The notes below the pieces were generated by a model. It was not told where the DNA came from and did not search any database. It was given only the letters and a program-made list of their open reading frames with translations. The position numbers and the translations under genes were made by a program. Positions 52,096 to 64,000 of a stretch of DNA of 64,000 nucleotides are shown piece by piece. This stretch comes from Balanoglossus misakiensis (Eukaryota > Animalia > Hemichordata). Position 1 is the first letter of the stretch; each line of letters begins with the position of its first letter. The stretch covers positions 9,224,254-9,288,253 of the forward strand of contig CM082583.2 in assembly GCA_040954595.2 (NCBI GenBank), in the 5' to 3' direction.

Positions 52096-52230
52096 TTATG
52101 TCATCTACAAGTAAAATCTTTCTTTATAGTGTATACAGTTTCGTCATATTCACCCTACTACAAGATTCTCATGATCGTACCGCCGCAATCACATGTCAAA
52201 GACAACGATGTTTAGCCGTCTGCTGCAATT
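52096..52230 (-). other. INTS14: Probable non-coding first exon of INTS14 (5' boundary approximate)
   Basis: Consensus donor AA|GTAAGT at 52096/52095, just downstream of the promoter motifs. The ATG-containing exon begins with a strong acceptor, so an upstream exon is required. Confidence 0.55.
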
Positions 52231-52249
52231 TCACGTTGTATACACAACT

Positions 52250-52299
52250 GCACTTCCGGGATTTGACGGGCTTGCGCAGTATGGTCCCGTGACGTCACA
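52250..52299. promoter_or_regulatory. Housekeeping-type promoter motifs between INTS14 and SLC24: ETS/GABP site and CRE palindrome
   Basis: CACTTCCGG at 52251-52259 (CCGGAAGTG on the minus strand) and GTGACGTCAC at 52289-52298. Confidence 0.55.
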
Positions 52300-54235
52300 A
52301 ATACTGAAGGGGATCATTAGCCCTGGTGGTACCCGGGCATACTAGTCTTGTACACAGAGGAACTGTGTCTTCTTAGACCAACAGATATTGCCCATCTTTC
52401 GTAAAGCTTGCCATATGACGACTTAATTCACTCATTCATAATATAAATGTACAAGGAACGCTACATTTCATCCATTACACCAGAACAATACCCCCATCAC
52501 ATGCATCAAACTTTTAGTGGGTATATTTAGCAAAGTACCTCCATATACCGTACAGTACATAAATAATCCATAACCCCCATATCATATATTGTAGCATTAC
52601 ACAATAAATTAGACGTGCAACGAAAAGTTAATGTAACCACGCTTGTAGTTTCTATCATCTAGTAAGTTTCACACGTTCCCGGATTCACTTTGCCGTACTA
52701 GCCTGATTCTTTGCCGAGAAAAGTTTCGCGTCGCTCAGCACGGACACGATCATTTGCCTCGTTGATAATTTACGGTTTGGGGCCTTGAGGCTCTTGGATT
52801 TGAGGGTAACCTAAATAGCAAATTCGAACGTTCAATAGAAAGTTCAAACACGAGTCAACGACACAAATCTGGATTACAGTTTATAAAGGTAAATCCAGAG
52901 ACTGATGCTTTTTCGTAGACACAGATGGGGAAGGAGCCTATCGCTGGAAATGTTGGGGGCGCTGTTCATGTAAATTACACGCCGCTTTCAATGTTCATCA
53001 TCATCCGCATCCGCATCCCCGATATTTCTCTATTTACATTGCCATTCATTTTCGCGTCTGTCATACACACAGCGACAGGATCCATCCAACGGAAAACAGC
53101 CTTACACCAGCGACTGATGTCAATGGACAAGGACGTCAGGTAAAACAGCAGAAGGTAACAGAATGATCGAATATTCGATGTTTCAAAAATCACGTCAGAA
53201 TCCTATGATTTTCCCGTGAATTTGAGTTACGTCGCGTTCGATATGTTGGCAATTGTTTCTTGACTATATAGGCTTACTGCTAGCTAGCTAGCTGCACCAA
53301 AGCCGCTATAGTCGTTATTATCGCCAGTGCTATGATATGTTAAAGACGGCTCTCAAAATAGTGGTGTATTTAGTTTTCTAATAGTATGGGTTTAAGCTTG
53401 TGATGTAGAATGATGTACGATAACATGTACCGGCGAAATGGATGAGACAGAACGACTCTCTATTTTTATTTTAGTGTAATAGTGATTCGTCGAGATTTTC
53501 GTTTGTCGTTTCCACGTTCGCCCATATCGTCCAAGAGACGTAATAAGTTAACGTTGTCGTATCAGGCCACGGCACGTCACTTTCGGTATAAAATGAAATT
53601 TAAAGAGCGCATCTTATCCGCGCGCGTACATTTTTTAATTATTTCTTTGAAACATCGTCATTTTCTATGCATTGTTGAGACCATGCAACTACAATTTTCT
53701 ACTCGCTTTATTTTGGATGCCAGTTCAACCGGCAGTTGACTGATTACATTCTCTCATATTGTAAGCTTACGTGTGTGTGCTTCTGAAAACACAAATTAAA
53801 CGTAGTGCGTTGATATAATACTATTAACCACACCAAAACCGAGAGAGAAATAAAAAAAAAAAGCCGATGTTCGATTTCACCTCCGGTATTGTTTTTTTTT
53901 TTCGAAGTTTAACGATTGAGCTTACGTCAATCCAGTAGAAATCCCTCTTAATTTTTGTTACATACATAGAGAAAATCGATTACTACATTCTTATCGACGC
54001 TAAGACAAAATATGATGTTAGATTTAATGTGTCCATTATCTTACCATTTATCGCACAATTCATTAGTCAAATCTTCTAAAGTAGATGTCGGTTTCATGTT
54101 TCAGAGAGAGAGAGGGAGAGAAAAAAAACGCGTCCATTCGTAAAATGAATATTGCTTGAATTTCATATCCGATTCCTTACTTTTATTGCTCTGATACAAT
54201 TGATGTTCCAGTGGCCGTTCTGTTTGTTGCTTCAG

Positions 54236-54503
54236 GTGAAAAACTCATCCCTGTCGCCGTTTTAATATAAATTCGTCCTGCCCGATATATAGACGTCCGC
54301 CTGAGCAAGCATGGGGAACGCTGCTACACTAATGTGATTTGCCACACCTCCAGACGGAAGTCGTGAAACAGTAGCCGGTTGCTAAGGAATGAAAACAGTC
54401 TCGCTCTCACTCGGATGGAGTGTACCTTTCAATGGGAATTAATCAAATTCTCAGAACTTTCAAGAACCAAGACACAAGTCCGTGAAATCTCCCCACTCCC
54501 ACT
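54236..54503 (+). other. Probable 5' UTR portion of the large SLC24 exon
   Basis: Pyrimidine-rich acceptor ttctgtttgttgcttcag|G at 54235/54236. Candidate upstream donors CAG|GTAAAA (53139) and AAG|GTAACA (53154). Confidence 0.45.
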
Positions 54504-55376
54504 ATGATTCTCATAAGGCATTTGAGACATCGGAAAAGGTTATCTGAAACGCGGATTTTGTGTTTAGTGACTGTGATCGGTCTGGGATGGCTTTCCATAC
54601 TGTACTCCACGTCGCAAGTTGAAAGCAATATGGATATTCTGGTGGATATCGGTCGGGAACATGACTTGGATGAGGAAGGCCGGACCTATTGGAGTGCCAA
54701 ATCGAGACATTTACTTCAAGCTTCAACATTAAATGCCCCTACTGAGAACCTTTCAAGCACCGAGGCCCCGAAAACAACTCGCGAAGGCAAGCAGTATCCT
54801 CCGGACATTTTTTCGTTGGAAGAGCGCAGAAAAGGAGCAGTGATCCTCTACTGTATGGGGCTTATTTACATGTTTGTCGCTTTGGCCATCGTCTGCGATG
54901 AATTTTTCGTTCCCGCGCTGGGCGTCATTACGGACAAGCTGCTGATTTCAGACGACGTTGCCGGGGCAACGTTCATGGCAGCCGGCGGCAGCGCCCCCGA
55001 ACTCTTCACCAGTATCATTGGTGTCTTTTTCGCGAGGAGCAACGTTGGCATCAGCACCATCGTCGGCTCGGCCGTTTTTAATATTCTCTTCGTCATTGGC
55101 ATGTGTGCAGTTTGCAGTCACGGCGTTCTTCACTTGACTTGGTGGCCACTTTTCAGGGATGTTTTTTTCTACAGTCTCAGTCTCATTGTTTTGATTGTGT
55201 GTTTTTATGACGGTTACATTGACTGGTACGAATCACTAGGTCTTCTCTCAATCTACGCGGCCTATGTAACTTTCATGAAGTTTAACGTAAGCATTGAAAC
55301 GTTTGTCAAACGAAAAATTTCCAGGAACAAAGTCAGCAAGGTCAAGAGCCAGGAAGAATTGAGAACGCGTGCTGAG
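54504..55376 (+). CDS. K+-dependent Na+/Ca2+ exchanger (SLC24 family, NCKX1/2- or Nckx30C-like), first coding exon; gene partial
   Basis: N-terminal hydrophobic segment, then [28 protein letters not shown], the alpha-1 repeat [38 protein letters not shown] and LTWWPLFRD. Donor GAG|GTAAGT at 55376. One large exon covering the N-terminal TM cluster is characteristic of the NCKX1/2 branch. Confidence 0.96.
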
Positions 55377-55737
55377 GTAAGTGATACATCTCCATAAATT
55401 TCTCTTTGTTAATCCCATCTTGATTCTTCTCATGCCGCCCTTTCCCGATCTTGGGAATGATGGATCAAGTACATTTAACGTCTAGGATAAAATGAGCAAA
55501 ACGATCACTCTAAAGATGACAGACTGTGATGATTGCTTCTTCATGATTTCTCTTAGCTGAAATAGTTTTGACATCACAGAATTTTGTTACACTTCAGTAA
55601 GTCACTGAGGGCATTGCGCGCTAGAGTATTTAAAATTATCATCTTTGGGAGTGATGGTATTAATGCCTGTTATTTCCTGTGTTAGCCTACATGACAGGTA
55701 TGATGGTACAGTGTTTATGTCGTTCAGCTAAACCTAT

Positions 55738-55782
55738 ACTGTCTGATTTTGATGCTATCCGATAGCATCAAAATCAGACAGT
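55738..55782. repeat. Perfect inverted repeat, 22-bp arms with a 1-nt spacer
   Basis: actgtctgattttgatgctatc-c-gatagcatcaaaatcagacagt, checked base by base. Confidence 0.95.
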
Positions 55783-58700
55783 CGTTTTAGCTTATTCCCA
55801 CTGGCATTTCTCCCATCAGAAAGTTCTGTATGACTTGATTTGAAGATGTTCATTTTATGTCCAGATGTAGTTCTATATCCTTCGATGTCACGTCCATGAC
55901 TCCAGCCTCATTAAAGAAAATACGACGATCTGAAAGATTGCTCTTGGGTGTAATTTCATGGTGATTACTGTCGGCCTGTTCGGCAAGATTTTGCTCAAAT
56001 GATGCAGAAAATTTTCAGATCCGCTGCAGGTTGCAACGTGTGACATTTGGTATTGAGTGCTTAAGCCCAATACCATTCAGAGTACCTGGCATTGGTGTAT
56101 TAGAACAACCTGTATAGGCTGCAATTTGAAGACAGGATATCAAATTGGCTCAGCAAATGCATTGTTTAATGACTGAAAGAAATTTATTCTCACCTGTATA
56201 CTGAGCAGCAGCAGTCCTTGAAGTAAACTTCAATCAACAGGCAGTTGTGTGGAAACTGGGTTTTACTCATTACCCCGTGAAATGATAAATGTGTAACCTC
56301 CCCCCGATTGTGTGCAAGGGAACAATTGTCTGGTGGACATGGATATCTGCCTGACACCGGCATTATATCTAGGTTGCTCCAATGTCTCATAATGCGGAAA
56401 ACTACTTCTGACATATGGTCTGCTGAATGATTTGAATTGGAGAGAATCACGAGTTGATTATCTTTGATCACTATAATGTAGCGCTCATGGGGAAACCTGG
56501 TTCCACAAGCACAGACCCGGCAAATTGTTTTAATTTCATATCTACATCCATCTGTTTTTTGCAAATGTCAAATGTGAGTCCCATAGCAACAGCACAAATA
56601 AAAAGTAAGCGAGTAGACAGAATTGCTGAATTTGCTGAAGATAAAAGCGGAGAAAAAATGAAATTAAAATATGTGTAGTGAATTTAGTTAAGTTTCTCTT
56701 AATTTAGGCATTAAAAGCATTCTGATTATTGTTATCTTTGGGATTTTCAGAGTTGTTATATATACAAGAACAGTTTGGGCAGGATGTACATTTACACCAT
56801 CTACTGTCAACATATTTCTCCGCAGTATACTTTCTACTTTCCAATAAATTGCCGTGCTGCGTATGAGAAAATCTCAACAGGTTGTTTATTCAGACTGCTG
56901 GGATATATAGTAGACATGTTTTATTAGTTGTCATTCAAAGCATTTGGAACAGCGGCCAGTGGGGTGCTGTGACTGTTAATTCAAGATTCAAATGTTGTTC
57001 CCCTTTTGGTTTGTTCACTCTGTAAAGCGAAGGCTTCCGGGAAGGAAGTCTTTCTGACATGTCCTGTTTGATCTCGCAGAAGTGTCTCCAAACAAAGTCT
57101 TGTGAATAAAATATATTCCAGTATGCATCTTTAATTTGTGATCCATTTGTCCTAGTTAAATGGTGTCAGTTGTATCATTTTGAAAATAGGTTGTGTTTTA
57201 GGTTTACTGAAGAAAGATGTGTGTATATTTATTTTAATATATTTACAGTATTATCAAGGAGCTTGCTTAATTAATATTGTTGTCCACTTGAAACAAAATG
57301 TTTTTCCTCTTCATTTTCTCCAATTTGTTAATAATTCCAATCTATGTCTGAGCACCACATTGACAGTGAGATTGGGACGAGATGGCGTAATCACGAGTAC
57401 TGATAGAAGGAATCATGAAATATGCAAAATATATATTTGTCATCAAATTGGTATATTTCACTTCAAATCAATGAGCTGTTCACCTGGCAACGAGCAATCT
57501 AAGTACATTGAGATTCCAATATTGGCGTAACCTATACGTATTCGCGGAAGGGGTGTACGCACACGTTTAATCTATAGACACAGCATGCAATTGAGTCGCA
57601 TGCAGGGATCAGACTGTTTTGATATTCACTCAGGGGTGTTGTTTGGTAAAGTAAACATACTTGTCTTAATCTTCCTCATATACTGCAGTGACTGCACCTG
57701 TCTTTAAACAGAAATGAAGGAAATACTACTGCATTTACCCAATGGCATGCTTTTTATGCATCACCTAATTTCTGTACTAGTTCTCTGGACATTTTTTGAT
57801 AATATTTAAGTACTGAAAATCTTCCTCCGTGAAACATGCACATGCAGTCAATTGCAACCTCTTCTTAGGTTTGCCTTGTGGAGCATGATTGCTAACTCTT
57901 TCCGGAAAAAACAGTGAGCAGGTTTGCTCACTCTTTCCGACAAACCAGCCGACGTTGCTCCTTATTTGAAGTCTCAGTGTCTTTCTTCCTGTGATTGGAA
58001 CTGTGGCTTGCGTTTATAGGTGAGGGCTTCCACATTTGTCTGCCACAGTGTTTTCCTTGAAGGCTGCAAAAACAGGTCCTGATGATGAGAGTTTTAATGA
58101 TTTTGGGAATGGGCGTGTAATTGCCGCTTTCACGTAAGTATATTCATAAACCAGCTGCGCTCGCACATACTAAGTACTCTATAAATTGATTTTACAGAAA
58201 AACATTTAGATAGTAGTCAAAGCAAAGACGTCATTTTCTTGGAAAAATTGTCAGCTAGCACAAATATAGTAATTAGCATTTCAATTACAGGAGTTATAAC
58301 GGTAGAGATTTCAAATTCAGAAAGAAGTCAGAGCTTTTTGACATGATTTAGTCATTTTCGATTCATCTGCAAATGGGCCAAATGACATAGAGCACGCAGA
58401 GAGCACATGAGCGCTGTAGATATGTGCTATATTCTTTGACAAAAGAAACTTTGTCAATGTGATTATTATGAGTGAGGAATGTAGAATAATGTATATCCCA
58501 TGGGGAAGTTTGGCAAAAAGTGTCGACCATGTAATCACATACCTTTTTACCATCTTCAGAATTACTGAAAATCATTATCATTTGAATGTATATAATTTTA
58601 GCCATACCAAGTGTAAGTACCTCAGGTTTTCTTCCCTTTTTTATATAAAAACATCAGATTTTTTCCCACTTCTTTACAAAGATTCCAGTCTTTCTGGACA

Positions 58701-61075
58701 TTCATGTCATGCCAGTTGCCATGGGAAAATGATTTCAGATGGGAAAAAATGTGCTTAGCTGATATTAAAATGTGACTAATGTGTTTAACAATTCCTGGAA
58801 GAGTGCTTTTATGTTTTCTTGATCAATTATGGATGATGGCCTATTGTAGATGCAGCTATGATAATACATACCCAGATTGAAGTCTTATAGCCACTGACTT
58901 ATGAGGTAGTCTACCAAAACTGTTGTGCTGTACCAAGTATGGTGTAATATATAAACCAAACAAAATTTTTTCCACATTTTTGTTCTCTTAAGTCTAAAGT
59001 TCTTTGGCTTGGTCTCTGAAAATTACTGTCTAGTATTTCAGATGTGATCTGTTTGCAATACAGTAATGAATGACTTATTAGTAGTAAAATTACCCTAATA
59101 TCATCCCAAATTGTATAAACTTCTTCGCACCTTGTTAATATGTTAATTACACTGGATTGGATCATTACAGATCATTATCTGCATGTCATTGTTCAACATT
59201 TAGTGCTAAATCAGGTACATTTGCAATACCAACCGTGAAGCATGTAACAAAATCAGCTGTGCTATAAATTCAGGCAAATATTTGTTGGTTTTTCAGATAA
59301 TTTCACTTTTTTTCTTGTAACAGTATATTCTCATACAAACGGACATAAAAAGGCTTGCCCTGTGATAATCAGAAATGACGACAACACATGTCATCTCTAT
59401 TTGCATATATACGTCTGAAACGAGATCATATGATGTACATCTTTAATTTTTTAAGCTTTTATCAGTAGTATCAAGAAAGTTTTATCAGAAAGTACGTCCT
59501 TGCCTTTATTCTATGTTTAGAACTTTTCAATTATTTTTTTTTAATCTTATGTTCATAAAAGATTCAGTTTTTTTTTTACATAAGCATTCTTCAGTGAATT
59601 ACTTTGGGTAGATTAATAAGTCTGGACAGATCATTTCATGAATTGGAAACATTGCTGACGGCATCCAAATTCCTTTGTTTTTTGAGGGATTGGGGATTGG
59701 ATATACAGGGAAATTGCAAATCAACATCCTGAGGGACAAGAGTACAGGCACAGAAAATAAAATGATGTCTGCAAAACTGAAAGCCAAGTCATTCATGTTT
59801 GGATACTTTGTTCAGTATCCTTCAGATGCATTTTTTAAGCATGGCCGCTGAATTCTTGGTGAGATTAAATTAAAACGTAAACTGAATTATACATGCATAG
59901 ATGCTACATTTTATGTATTGACATTTGTGCTTAGGTGCATGCTGTGAATAATAAAGGTAGGCTTCTGAAAGTAGTTTGCAGCTCAGACTTAATATTGAAT
60001 TGTCAGACTGTCTACTAGTAAATCAAAGCTTTTGCAATTTAGAGAGAAAGAGGAAAAAAAGATTCTGGAGGGCTGAAGTCTATGGCATTATATTCTGTAA
60101 ACATCAGCTATTTTTTTATCAGCTAAGAGTGGTCCAGGACCCTTATATTCTGTAAACCATTATCACAATTACCACCAGTAATGCACAATACAACAAATGT
60201 GATGTTGGTGGCTGCAGGAAGCAGCTAGCTCATGGGTGACATGTATTCAACTTTGTTATGCAATGGCAGACTCTTTCATAATTTGCAGTTTTGTATTGAA
60301 TAATTTGCAGTTTTTAATAGCATATACCATGAGCAGCCCACAAGAAGAATTAAATGCCAGTCCCCTTGCCTCAGAGGACTTAAATTATCAAATTAGGTTT
60401 CTCTGTTAGTGTGGCGTGTACCTGCAGGGGGCATTTCGGTAGCCATGGCATTATACTGTAATCGTATTATAGCTGTATTGATGAATGAGTCAGAGTGTTG
60501 TGGCCTAGCCTACAGGTGTGCAGGCTGTGTGTGCATGTAGCAGCTATAAGGCCTGGGCAGTTCTTTGTTTCACCTCCCAGGGAACTTACCATCCCGCTTT
60601 TATGCCTACGCTTAAAGCTGCATAATCTTTCGTATTGCAGCTGCCATCACGACTGACAGAGCAATACCACATATGCAGTCATACAGCCAGCAATGCAATT
60701 TTTCCCTCTTTAATATACGGTAGTCTTACATTATTATGCAACTGCCAGCTTGTCGGTCTTCCGCAATCAAAATGCAATTGTTTGTAATTATGCCAGGCTG
60801 GATGAAATATAAAGCTTGAAGCTAAGGAAGACTGTCATGTGTCTCAAATCAGTGTAAATTGTGCTGTCAATCAACAATCAAGTCAAAAAACTTTTGGGTA
60901 ATTTATAGTGTCAATCAAGTATACAAATTGGGAATCACATTAAATTCATAGCTTCAATAGTTACTGCATACAAATATTATTTAGAGTGGCTTGCAGGCTT
61001 TTGTTGTCAAAGTTAATAATGGACCCTGGATGAGTGCATGAAGTAATTGTTTTTCTACTTTCCCATACAGTAATA

Positions 61076-61200
61076 TTGTATTGTATTGTATTGTATTGTA
61101 TTGTATTGTATTGTATTGTATTGTATTGTATTGTATTGTATTGTATTGTATTGTATTGTATTGTATCGTATCGTATCGTATCGTATCGTATCGTATCGTA
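61076..61200. repeat. Compound pentanucleotide microsatellite (TTGTA)n(TCGTA)n with a degenerate tail to about 61300
   Basis: Seen directly; it explains the YCIVL/IQYNT ORFs. Confidence 0.97.
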
Positions 61201-64000
61201 TTACATTGCATTATGTATTATATTTTGCTGTGTTGTCTTATCATGCATTGTATACTGCATTGTATTTTAAGCTTACTGTATTGTATTATATGATATTGTA
61301 TCTCCTGATACATGTATTGCGTCTCTTTGTATCATATTGCACAACCCAGGAGATCAATCAAGGCAGAGAAAATGTTAAGTTCCGAAGGAAATATCTTTTT
61401 ACAGTCTTGTTAGTTTTCCCCTGGATCAGAGAGAAAAAATAATTAAATCAAGAATAGATGTCTGAAAGTAATACAAATGTGTACTTGAATAATGAAATTG
61501 TCAAGCTGGAGAGTTAAATTCATCATCTGTCAAGCAACTTAAAACACCGTCATCCAACACACCAAGCTTGTCTGTCATATAGGAAATTAGTCGACTTTAC
61601 CCAACAGGAAAAGTAATTTCCCTAGGCCAGAAACAAACTATGAAGACTCCCCCGACATAAAATGTCATACTTCTCACACCAGAGGACTGTGAGCTATTAT
61701 CTTTGTAGTAATTTGTAACCATGGGAACACATATCGAGGAAATTTAACCATGGAAACATGCATCATATAGTATCGATCTCAAAGCCAGGTCTGTTGATAT
61801 TTAAATTTGCTATTTTAAAAAAGAATCAGTGAAACATCCTAATGAAATGGTTTTTATTCTGTTAACTGTTTCTGCCAAATTTAATAAGTCACTTTATTAC
61901 TGCTGTCCATGTGGATGGGGCTGAAATTCTGCATTTTCTGAGTTTGGGACTAATTGTTTCCTGTTCGAATCCCTGAAGCATGATGAAATACCCAGAATTT
62001 ACGGCTAATATAGCGACTTTGGTGTTAAGTTGAATTCAGGTTCGGACTAGAATTCATTTGCCAACAATAAAATGCTGGGTATTTTAGCATGCTGTAGATG
62101 TCAGGAGTGCCAATATTGGCATTTGTAATTTTTAAATAACCTACATTGGCACATCTATGACCTGGCTGATAGCCTTATATGAAAGAACTGGTGATCGCTG
62201 ACATAGATCCATTTTTGCTGCACGAAATGTCACGAAGAAAATGTTTTCAGATCAGCTTCATTATCTGGGAATTTTGTGAATCTGGTGTACGTATCACCTC
62301 GCGTCTTCATGCAGTTGCTGTTGCCGTGATGGTCGTCGTTGCTAGGCATTTTGTGTGTCACTTTGGAATTGCCATTTTCTCCGCAACACACATCGCTATT
62401 AGTGCATGATACCCTAGATGTCTAATTTGCCCCCATACTCGCTGAATAGCCGGCGTACTGTTGCACGGATCATACGGACTGAAATTTCACACCATGAAAT
62501 TATGATTAAACAGAAAATAACACCAGATTGCAGCATGTACATTGAATCGCCTCCTATAGAGCTCACGAAACCTGTGTTGAATAGTCTTCGTCTCCATGGA
62601 AACATGTCAGGTGTCTATTTGCTTCACTCTGTACATTTTTGGTACAATTTTACAGTGATTATTGAAGTATATATAAGACTGAATAAGCGTGAACTTACTT
62701 CAGCATGGGCAAAAAAACTAAAATATAATCTAGACTGTCCAGGGATAGTCCTACTGTGTATAGTATGTAATTTGAAGTTAAATTTGATATTAGACTCTGA
62801 TTTTCAGTGCCAGATTTAAAATTAGATAGATAGGAAATTGAATGCACTCTGCAAACCCAATTCTTGCAGATAGCTCTCCGCTCGAAACTCCTCAGATTTT
62901 CTAGTCAAAAATGAGTCTATTTGATTCAAATTTTCGCTGATGGTTTCATGGTTTGATGCTGCAATTTAATAGAACAGAGTTTGAACGGAAAAAAAGGAAG
63001 TGCACACCTCATACTTTGACAGTGTATAGAATAACTTGAACTCATTCTGAAGACAGGTTTAAATTTTACCAGGCTTGTATCAAAATAATCAATGCAAAGC
63101 TTTCTTATAATGGGAGTATGCCTTGGGATTATATAAACCCTGTGCTAATCACGGACTCATCAGAAGAAAAAAAACGATGGCATAATATACCTTCATCAGC
63201 ACCGATGATATTTGAATGACAAATTCAATTTAGGGTTGCAACAGAGGCAATCATGATGCGACTGAGAAAAATAAATTTGCTCCGACAATTTGAAGGATGG
63301 GAGGAAATAAAGTCGCCTCCCTTATTGATGATTCTTTATGTATTATACACATTCATAGTCGCAGAAAGTAATTTTCATCTTTTTTTCTGAAAGAATTGCC
63401 CAGGTAGGACTATGAGGTCTTCTTGTACACTGAGGAAATTTGCATGTTGATTCAGATGGCGTAGCATTGTCAGCGGCCCAGTAATGAATCCCTGTCACGT
63501 CACCGGTCTAATAACCCTTTCAGCCAAGAAACACTGCATGGATGTGACCATGGAAACGCATCAACAAAATTCATATACACAGTCATGTGTGCACCCAATT
63601 TGCATACATGGACCTGTCACCGCTGTGCAGATTGAACAGAATACATTATCTACCAAACGACACGATGAAAAATAAAAATGCATACAAAACAGTTGTATCT
63701 GATATAAATACTAGTACCCAATTCTGCGATGCTATAAATTTTCCAACAGCGAGTGGGGCGCTTGCTGCGTGGTTGGCTACTTTTTTTCTTCTTTAGTTAA
63801 ATCGGAATAATCAATCACAGGCGACACCTCTAAATGCCATTCCTATCGAATTATAATAAGAGTGGCTTAATGAAACTCACAGTGATATTATATTGTACAA
63901 TAACAATACATTAGCATTTTTGCTGTATACATATTGCAAGACATCTCTGTCTGATTTCTGTCACCAAAATTTTTAATGGTTTTTCAAGGTGTTGGAAGGA

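Noticed and set aside
60981-61442. YCIVL/IQYNT repeat ORFs
   Set aside because: Translations of a (TTGTA)n microsatellite.

Overview
This is eukaryotic genomic DNA: AT-rich, intron-containing and microsatellite-rich. It looks like a marine invertebrate deuterostome, but that taxon is inference only. There are no operons, CRISPR arrays, rRNA or intact tRNA genes. Four protein-coding loci were reconstructed by hand from splice sites and exon phases. (1) The 5' part of a two-pore-domain K+ channel (K2P/KCNK family) on the minus strand: exon 16101-16504 carries TM1, cap and P1, it is probably preceded by an acidic repeat-containing exon at 19499-19740, and no further exon was recognised in 1-16100. 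(2) An unrecognised two-exon 269-aa coiled-coil gene on the plus strand (44970-46001) with an N-myristoylation-type start. (3) A complete 8-coding-exon INTS14/VWA9 gene on the minus strand (46680-51576, 500 aa). (4) The large first coding exon of an SLC24 (NCKX1/2-like) K+-dependent Na+/Ca2+ exchanger on the plus strand (54504-55376), divergent from INTS14. The rest is intronic or intergenic, with microsatellites, DNA-transposon-like fragments and motif clusters. Most short ORFs in the track are spurious. I found no demonstrably new multi-gene system. The best leads are the orphan lipid-anchored coiled-coil protein, a possible dual-fate first exon of the K2P gene, a cryptic promoter/exon inside the K2P intron, a perfect 22-bp-arm hairpin in the NCKX intron, and a sharp CpG-rich/CpG-poor domain structure.
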